The notes beneath the pieces were generated by a model. The model did no database searches, was not told the DNA's origin, and saw only the letters and a list, made by a program, of their open reading frames with translations. This document shows, in pieces, positions 57,731 through 64,000 of a DNA stretch of 64,000 nucleotides. Position 1 is the first letter of the stretch. Every line of letters starts with the position of its first letter. The translations under genes and the position numbers were made by a program. The stretch comes from Ostreococcus lucimarinus (Eukaryota), in assembly GCA_000092065.1 (NCBI GenBank), contig CP000584.1; one strand, written 5' to 3'.

Positions 57731-57790
57731 GACCGGCAATGGCGAGTCGACGCGTGCGAGAGGTGAGTGCGTGAAATACAGTTGGGGAAG

Positions 57791-59875
57791 CTACGCGCGG
57801 GCGCACTCGCGAACGAAGGAGTCGAGCACGTCCTCGTACTGGGAGAGAAAGTGGTCGGCGATCATGGTGCGAGATAGGATGATCTTGCGGTAGACGTCTA
57901 AATCGACGTCGAAGAAGAGGGCGTGGCGGGACTCGCGGCGGGCTTCGTCGACGGCTTCGTCGAGGCCGGATTTGTAGACAAAGTGAAGGATTCGGCCGGC
58001 GGGGTAGAGTAAGACGGTGCCTCGCTTGGCGATGTCTTGGTCGGCGCGGGCGTCGCTTGACGCGGATTTGACGCGTTTGACGACGGGCTCGCGCTCGGAG
58101 TCGTCGCACGACGCGGTGTCGTCCATGCGCGGCGGCGGTAAGTCTGCGCCGTAGTAATCCGCCGTCATGAGCGCCTCCTCGTCTCCCAACAATTCGGCTG
58201 CTTTCATGACGGAGATGTCTTCTTGCATTGCCAGCACCTCTTGCGCCGCGTTGGCCTCAGCGCGATAAATCTTTTTCATATCGTCAGCGGTGAGCGGTTT
58301 CTGGAAGTCTTCGTCGAGCGCGATTCGAGCGCTCTCGATGTACTCCTGGAAATCGCGCTCCTCCTGCGACTTGGGCGAGGCGGCGGCGGCGTGCGCGTGC
58401 GCGAGATGGGCGTCGTGACAAATATCGGTCGCGAGCACGGTGGCAGAGATGGTGTCGCCTACTTGCTGATTCGTCTTGCTGAACTCAGTCTTGCTCTCGC
58501 CCGTCGGCTCTGCTCGCTCGAGCGTTTTCTTCTTCCTCGGTCGCGGGGGGACGATGCCGGCGATGAACGCCCCCGAGAGACTGGCTAATTTTGAACTCGT
58601 GTTACTCACGCGTTTGCCGATCAGCAGGCTTTGTCTGTACAGCGAACTCGACTCGACTAACTTATCGTGCCTTGTCTTCAATCCTTTCAGCGCGCGCAAC
58701 CACTGTGGGTACTTTTGTGGGCCGTAGTTTTGTTTTCCCAGAGCCGCGGCGGCGGCGGCGAAACGCGACGGCGTCGGTCCTCGAGCGCATTCCATCGCCG
58801 CGGTACTCTCTCTCCATTTATCCAACAATCTTTGCTCGAGCGCCGTACTCACGACTTCGCGCTGTAACTCGCTCACTTTGCTAAAACTAACCATCGGGAC
58901 TAAATCGGCGTTGTTCACGCACGTCGTTACGAAAGATCGACACGACTCGGCGAGCTCGCGACTCAGCGTCGACGGGCACGCGAAGGTGAAACAGTGCAAG
59001 CCCACTCGCTTGAACCTCGGGTCTTGTCGTAACATTTCGGTGAGCAACACCGCGACACCACCACCCAAGGAGTGCCCGACGATCTTCAGCTCGTACCCGG
59101 GGTGCGCCGCGAGCGAAGACAGCAAGTCGTCTTTAATCTTTCGCTCGAGAAATCTCGCCGTGGTGAGGAATCCGCTGTGAGCGTACCCGACGCGCAACGT
59201 CGCCTCCTCGTCATCCGACGTCGACACCATCGTGTGATGCGCGCACACCGAGCCAGTTAAATTTGTTATCATATCCTTCGCGCTGTGCGTGCCTCGAATG
59301 ACAAAAACCAACCGCTTTTCATCCTCGTCCCGAAACAACACGTACGCCGGCCGCATCATTCGCGGCGCCAAATCGCTCAACAAAATCGCCTCCTGACCCA
59401 CCCCTCCCTGCGCCGCCACCGTCTTCAAATCCGGCGCCCTGCGCAACGATTTCGAATACGTCAGCGCCATCTTTATCTCCCTCAAACTCTTCTCCCACGC
59501 CTCTTTCGCGTTCGAATCGTCCGCCGTCCTCGCCGTCCTGTTCAAACGCGCGCGCGTCCCGCGTCTCGCCACCTCTCTCGCGATCGCCCCCCCCATGTCT
59601 CGCTGCGACAGCATCCGCAGCGCCAGCACGTGATCCAACCGCCATATGTTCAACCGCGCCAGCGCTTCGCTCCAGCTCAACCGCACGACGCGCGCGAGTC
59701 GCGTCGCGCTCTCGCCCCACGTCGTCGGCGGTGGTGGCGCCGCGTCGAAAAGCAGCGACGACGCGCGCGCCGCGTCGTCGTCGCGCGCGCCGCTCGCGCG
59801 CGCGCGCACGAACGCGCAGAGCGCGCGCTGCACGACCGCGCGGTCGACGCCGCGCGCGACCCGCGCGGGGGGCAT
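57791..59875 (-). CDS. class-3 (fungal-type) lipase domain protein, sn-1 DAG-lipase-like
   Basis: The nucleophile elbow IVGHSLGGGVAVLL has a preceding YVLFRDEDEKRLVFVIRGTHSAKDMITNL (lipase_3 lid/oxyanion region) and a downstream LHCFTFACP. Real ATG is at 59873-75 and stop TAG at 57791-93. Its stop is 60 bp upstream of the USP gene start on the same strand. Confidence 0.7.
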   Translation of the reverse strand: MPPARVARGVDRAVVQRALCAFVRARASGARDDDAARASSLLFDAAPPPPTTWGESATRLARVVRLSWSEALARLNIWRLDHVLALRMLSQRDMGGAIAREVARRGTRARLNRTARTADDSNAKEAWEKSLREIKMALTYSKSLRRAPDLKTVAAQGGVGQEAILLSDLAPRMMRPAYVLFRDEDEKRLVFVIRGTHSAKDMITNLTGSVCAHHTMVSTSDDEEATLRVGYAHSGFLTTARFLERKIKDDLLSSLAAHPGYELKIVGHSLGGGVAVLLTEMLRQDPRFKRVGLHCFTFACPSTLSRELAESCRSFVTTCVNNADLVPMVSFSKVSELQREVVSTALEQRLLDKWRESTAAMECARGPTPSRFAAAAAALGKQNYGPQKYPQWLRALKGLKTRHDKLVESSSLYRQSLLIGKRVSNTSSKLASLSGAFIAGIVPPRPRKKKTLERAEPTGESKTEFSKTNQQVGDTISATVLATDICHDAHLAHAHAAAASPKSQEERDFQEYIESARIALDEDFQKPLTADDMKKIYRAEANAAQEVLAMQEDISVMKAAELLGDEEALMTADYYGADLPPPRMDDTASCDDSEREPVVKRVKSASSDARADQDIAKRGTVLLYPAGRILHFVYKSGLDEAVDEARRESRHALFFDVDLDVYRKIILSRTMIADHFLSQYEDVLDSFVRECARA

Positions 59876-60369
59876 CGCGCGCGCGTGTGCCGTCGCGGCG
59901 GTTCGCGGCGGTCGCGTTCGATCGGCATCCGCGTCGTCGTCGTCGTCGGACGCGGGAAAAAATAGGAGGCCCGTCAGTGGAGATGAACATCAAACGGTCT
60001 ACGCGACTGCGTGCGCAGAAAATCGATCCGGCGCGCGCGGGCGCGGTGGCGTCGGTGTCGTTACGGGCTTCGCCCGGGCGGGCTGGGCAGAGAAAGTCAA
60101 CAACGGCGACGGCGTCGGCGCGAGGCGCGCCCGTAATCGCGTCGAAGATCGAGAAACGAAATCGTCGACGACGAAATTTCTCGTCTCGTCATCAAGGATA
60201 AATGCACTCGTCGTCTGCAGGACGCCGACTACGTTTTTTTTTCCGCGGCGACCTCAACCGGCGTTTCGTGGCTGTCGTTTTCTCGCGTCGTCTCGACGCC
60301 TCGGACGCGCGTGACGTCACTTTACGACGCCGACGCGACGACGCACCGACGACGACGACAACGAAAACG

Positions 60370-60972
60370 ATGACGATGACGACGAAAACGATCACCGGGG
60401 CGCTCGTGTGCGCGCTGGCGCTCTCGGCGATGGTGCCAACCTGTTTTGCTAAAGACGTGACGTGGGACGCGATGGCGGACGCCGCCGCGGCGCCGGCGCC
60501 GGCGCCGGCCGACGACGCCGCGGCCCCGGCCCCGGCGCCGACGATGGACGGCGAGCGCACCGTCGTTGACGTCGCGATCGAAGATCCGAGATTCGCGACG
60601 CTCGTCACCGCGGTGGTGGCGGTGCCCGAAGTTCTGGATACGCTCGAGACGCCGGGGCCTTGGACCGTCTTCGCGCCGAGCAACGAGGCCATCGCGACGT
60701 TTTTGGCCGAAAACGGATTGACCGCCGAACAACTCTTGGCTTCGCCTGGTTTGGGTGATGTGTTGAAGAAGCACGTCGTCGCGAGCAAACTTCTCGCCGC
60801 GGACGCGGTGAACGCCGTGAGCGCTGGACCGATTACGCTGACGACGTTGAACGGCGACGTCGACGCGCGCATGGTCGACGGAACGCTGTACGTCGGTGGC
60901 GCGGCCGTCGTCCAGGTGGACATCATGGCGGACAACGGCGTCGTACACGTGATCGATCGCGTGATTCAATGA
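60370..60972 (+). CDS. secreted FAS1 (fasciclin) domain protein
   Basis: It has a signal peptide MTMTTKTITGALVCALALSAMVPTCFA. The FAS1 domain (FATLVTAVVAVPEVLDTLETPGPWTVFAPSNEAIATFL...LKKHVVASKLLAADAV...NGVVHVIDRVIQ) carries conserved H1/H2 boxes. ATG is at 60370 (an upstream in-frame ATG at 60202 would add an R-rich leader), and stop is TGA at 60970-72. Confidence 0.7.
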   Translation: MTMTTKTITGALVCALALSAMVPTCFAKDVTWDAMADAAAAPAPAPADDAAAPAPAPTMDGERTVVDVAIEDPRFATLVTAVVAVPEVLDTLETPGPWTVFAPSNEAIATFLAENGLTAEQLLASPGLGDVLKKHVVASKLLAADAVNAVSAGPITLTTLNGDVDARMVDGTLYVGGAAVVQVDIMADNGVVHVIDRVIQ

Positions 60973-61132
60973 TGATTTCACGATGATGCGCCGCGCGGCG
61001 CGATGCAAGACCCCCAACACACGACGAAACGATTTCCATGCAATACACTTTCGAAACTGACAATCGTTCGCGCGCTCCTAATTTTTGGCTACAATTCACT
61101 AAAATCTAAGGCGTCTAATGCGCCGCGAAAGC

Positions 61133-63925
61133 TCAGCTCGGAGTCGTCATGCACGTCGCGAGCTTCGTCGCGAGCGCGGCGACTTCGGGATCGACGGCGA
61201 TGCGCGCGGCGGTTTCGAGACCTTGACGCAAAGCCTCGAGGTGCGGCTCGATGGCTTTCAAAACGTCCTCGTCAGCCGCCAGCAAGGCGGTGGCGACTTT
61301 GGTGGCGCCCATTCGTGGGCCATCACCCGCGGCGTGGTCCCGAAGGATGTTTGTAACCGTTCGCACGAGCGTTACTGCGTGTGTTTCGTCCACGTCGCGC
61401 TCGGCGCCGTGGAAAATCATCATCAGCGCTTGGAGCGCCGCCGCGCGCACTTCTGGCTCGCCGCGGTGCTCGACGCAGGCGATGAGTGGAGGAAAACATT
61501 CGTCCATGAGCGAAGCCTTCTCGATCGACGGACGCCGCGCCGCAGCGATAATGACATTCATCATCGCGAGCCGCAACGACAAATCCTTCGTCAGCGCGTC
61601 GTCGACCCACTTTGGAACGCCTTCCTTTGTGTGGCACGCCAAATGCAACACGCCGCGAAGCGTCTCTCGCGCGCAATCAACGCGCTCGCGCGTGACGTCT
61701 TCATCACCATCCAACTCCACGATGAGCGCCCGACCTGAAGATGCTTTGCTTTCGTTCAGCGCGAGCAGAGGCGGTTTCGTATCGAGAAGCGCGCTCGACG
61801 TCTTCTTCTTCGCCGATTGATGAGGACTTTCCTTGCGTGCCTCGATCTCGGCGACGATGAGAGATGCCAGCGTTTCCATGGCGCCCATGTGTGCCTTGCT
61901 GAGCTCGACGTCGTCCTGTGCGTTATCGACCCACGTCAAAATGTCCATCGATAGACTCCTGACTTCGCGCCGCGAGCGTTCCGACAGTGCCGATTCTCCA
62001 CGAAGAGCGAGGGCGGAGTTGCACGAGAACATGCACGAGCGAACGCGGGCGAGATCATCGCTCACGCTTCGTGCTGTCTCTCTCAGGCGTCGCAAGTCCT
62101 CAAACAATTCTTCGTCCAAAATATTTTGCGGTAATCGTCCGAACATCTCCGAGCACACGCGGCGCACGTCTTCAAACTCACCGCGGATGTTCAACATTCG
62201 CCGTCGCATGCACTTTCGAATCGCGTCTTTGTTCTCGCTGGATTCATCCCACACCGCGACTGGAAGCACGCGCAAGAGTAAAAGTGGTGCTAAACGGTCG
62301 AAAACTTCACGCTCGTTTACGCCTTTATCGATGCTCTGCGTTGATAATTGTCGCGCGCACGCCTCGACAACGTAATCGCTCGCCGGCGGCTTTCCGATCC
62401 AGGGCGTCAGCGCCGCGACAGCCTGATGCAACGCGGACGAAGAGGGTGATCGAAAAATAGACGATGTCAACGTCTGAACGACACTTTTCCACTCATTCGC
62501 GCGCACGGTTTCAGCGAAACGTGATAGTAGCTTGACTGCGCGAGAGATTTTCTCCCCGAACGTCGCGACGTCGCTGGACATCGCCGGCGCGAGCAGAGTG
62601 GCAAAGTACGTATCAAGCGCCGCCGCGGGAGACGGTTGCTGTTGCAGCGTCGCCACGACGGCATCACCAGCTGCTGAACGCTCTTCCGAATCTTTTGACA
62701 GCAAAAGATCAACGAGCACTGGGAACACGTTCGACGGCGTCGCGTGCGCAAACACCTCGGCCGCCGCCTTGCGCGATTCCAAATCTCTGTCGCCCAACCT
62801 TGGAAGTATCGCGCGTGTCACCGTCGCGAGCGTCTCTGAGCTCAAATTCGACCCTTTCTGTCGCATGATTTCCATGAGCACGCGCAACGCGCTCACCTTC
62901 GCACTTCTCGAGCTCCCACCGCAAATCTGCAATATTCGCGTCAAGGATTCGTCGCGCGGATCTCTCGCGACTAAATCCGCGATGAGTCTCGCAAAGCCGG
63001 CGGAAATCACGTCGTCACCTTCTTCGACGAGTGGGAGCACTCCACCGAGAAGAGATTCGCTTTGTTCCGTCCATCCTAAGTGCTCGGGCGCGAGTACAAT
63101 GCGTATCAATACAGCCGCCACGCTTTGCGCGGTTTCGTTCGAGCAGCGAAGCGCCGGGAGCAGCGCAGATCCGGCGTACGTTTGCAACATCGAATCCAAT
63201 GTCGCAGCCGTCTCTTCGCTCACCATCGAAGATAAAACCTGACGATTTTCGTGATCGATGCCTATTCTCCCGAGGTGCAAACCCACCGTGATGAGTGCGT
63301 GCGCGACGCCGTCGCCCGCGCCCGCGTCGTCTGAATTCACCATCTCGCTCGCCGCGCCGAACGCCGATTCCAACGCCGTCACCATATCCCCATCCGAATT
63401 TTTAGACCTCACCGAGAGCGCAGGCACCCAATCACTCCACGCTCGATTAAACAAGCGCGATTTCACGCGCAACGCGCGCGCCGCCGCATCGTCGCCGCCC
63501 TCTACGTCGCGCGCGCTCGCCGCGAGCGACGCCAACCGCGCACGCGCCCTGTCGCAACACTCCCTAAACAATCCCGACGACCCGCGTTCGTCGACTCGCG
63601 CCCACGAGGACACGACACCGATTATTTCGTCGCACACCTCGAACGAATCCATCAACGTGCGCTCACCGCCGCTCGCACTTGCGTCCGAATCGTTCGCCGC
63701 CGCCGCTCGCGTACTCACCGCCGCGAACGCGTCCGCCGCGGCCGCGCTCAACCGCGTCGGTGACCCCGCCGCGCCCTCCCTCGCGATCGCCGCGAGCGAA
63801 ACTAAAACCCCTTTAACGTCAAACACGTCTTCCGCGCGCACGCCATCGCCGCGCGCGATCGCGCTCGTCCCCGCGCACGCCGCCAACGCCGCGCGCTTGT
63901 CCCGCGACGCGTCCAACTTCTTCAT
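61133..63925 (-). CDS. HEAT/ARM-repeat protein (maestro-HEAT-like), possibly 5'-truncated by the window edge
   Basis: It is a >900-aa alpha-helical repeat protein with recurring LLxxL/ALxxL HEAT-like units (e.g. EVRAAALQALMMIFHGAE, RKAAAEVFAHATPSNVFPVLVDLLLSKD). The first ATG within the window is at 63923-25. The frame is open up to 63979, so the true start may lie beyond nt 64000. Stop is TGA at 61133-35. Confidence 0.55.
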   Translation of the reverse strand: MKKLDASRDKRAALAACAGTSAIARGDGVRAEDVFDVKGVLVSLAAIAREGAAGSPTRLSAAAADAFAAVSTRAAAANDSDASASGGERTLMDSFEVCDEIIGVVSSWARVDERGSSGLFRECCDRARARLASLAASARDVEGGDDAAARALRVKSRLFNRAWSDWVPALSVRSKNSDGDMVTALESAFGAASEMVNSDDAGAGDGVAHALITVGLHLGRIGIDHENRQVLSSMVSEETAATLDSMLQTYAGSALLPALRCSNETAQSVAAVLIRIVLAPEHLGWTEQSESLLGGVLPLVEEGDDVISAGFARLIADLVARDPRDESLTRILQICGGSSRSAKVSALRVLMEIMRQKGSNLSSETLATVTRAILPRLGDRDLESRKAAAEVFAHATPSNVFPVLVDLLLSKDSEERSAAGDAVVATLQQQPSPAAALDTYFATLLAPAMSSDVATFGEKISRAVKLLSRFAETVRANEWKSVVQTLTSSIFRSPSSSALHQAVAALTPWIGKPPASDYVVEACARQLSTQSIDKGVNEREVFDRLAPLLLLRVLPVAVWDESSENKDAIRKCMRRRMLNIRGEFEDVRRVCSEMFGRLPQNILDEELFEDLRRLRETARSVSDDLARVRSCMFSCNSALALRGESALSERSRREVRSLSMDILTWVDNAQDDVELSKAHMGAMETLASLIVAEIEARKESPHQSAKKKTSSALLDTKPPLLALNESKASSGRALIVELDGDEDVTRERVDCARETLRGVLHLACHTKEGVPKWVDDALTKDLSLRLAMMNVIIAAARRPSIEKASLMDECFPPLIACVEHRGEPEVRAAALQALMMIFHGAERDVDETHAVTLVRTVTNILRDHAAGDGPRMGATKVATALLAADEDVLKAIEPHLEALRQGLETAARIAVDPEVAALATKLATCMTTPS

Positions 63926-64000
63926 CACCGCCTCCCCCAGCGCGCGCGCGCTCGACCGCTCGCGCGCGAGCACGACCAAAACCGTTCGCGCGCCTCGCGA

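Noticed and set aside
57761-57775. Plus-strand donor-like string AG|GTGAGTGCGTG between the USP start and the lipase stop
   Set aside because: There is no plus-strand coding potential or ACTGAC/AG partner downstream. Both flanking genes are on the minus strand, so the match is taken as chance.
57294-57893. 199-aa '+' ORF antisense to the USP 5' region
   Set aside because: It is R-rich and overlaps the USP N-terminus and lipase C-terminus antisense. There is no domain.
1-64000. Prokaryotic interpretation (operons, RBS-driven GTG/TTG starts as in the ORF track) and rRNA/tRNA/mobile-element content
   Set aside because: Spliceosomal introns, eukaryote-only gene families (PRP38, DYRK, Rab7, DCAF7, Mrd1, RPL8/RPL9, USP12, NatB) and transit peptides make this nuclear eukaryotic DNA. 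I found no rRNA or tRNA genes (tRNAs cannot be reliably excluded by eye), and no transposase, integrase or LTR-like sequence.

Overview
This 64 kb window is a GC-rich (roughly 60-65%), extremely gene-dense stretch of eukaryotic nuclear DNA, not prokaryotic. About 35 protein-coding genes sit on both strands, about one per 1.8 kb. Most are intronless; seven have one or two short spliceosomal introns. Convergent genes are separated by as little as 20-35 bp. Content is typical eukaryotic housekeeping: cytosolic LeuRS, PRP38, a DYRK kinase, NatB and NatD-type acetyltransferases, ribosomal proteins L9 and L8, Rab7, Mrd1/RBM19, DCAF7/WDR68, a USP12/46-type deubiquitinase, a Upf1-like helicase, a SNF2-PHD remodeler, a BAZ-like MBD-DDT-PHD protein, a multi-BRCT protein and a TraB protein. 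Alongside these are photosynthetic-lineage genes: nuclear psaF with a bipartite transit peptide, a FAS1 + LHC-like fusion protein, and KDO-8-phosphate synthase. I infer a compact green-lineage alga, prasinophyte/Mamiellophyceae-like; I do not claim a species. No rRNA, tRNA, CRISPR or mobile element could be supported. I did not find a discrete undescribed system, only the separate oddities listed. All recovered introns share a donor GTGCGT/GTGAGT/GTGAGG and an ACTGAC branch motif 22-32 nt before the 3' AG. Using that signature I rebuilt several gene models, and the same branch motif supports an upstream micro-exon model for psaF, whose donor GTACGC is off-consensus. Other notable points: a near-perfect 93-bp x 16.5 tandem repeat inside a coiled-coil gene, an apparent frameshift in a (GC)n tract at the 5' end of the USP gene, and hyper-CpG intergenic islands that create long spurious R-rich ORFs on both strands. 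The supplied ORF track uses GTG/TTG/CTG as starts and is blind to introns, so many of its N-termini are artefacts; starts below are the first in-frame ATG that gives a sensible protein.
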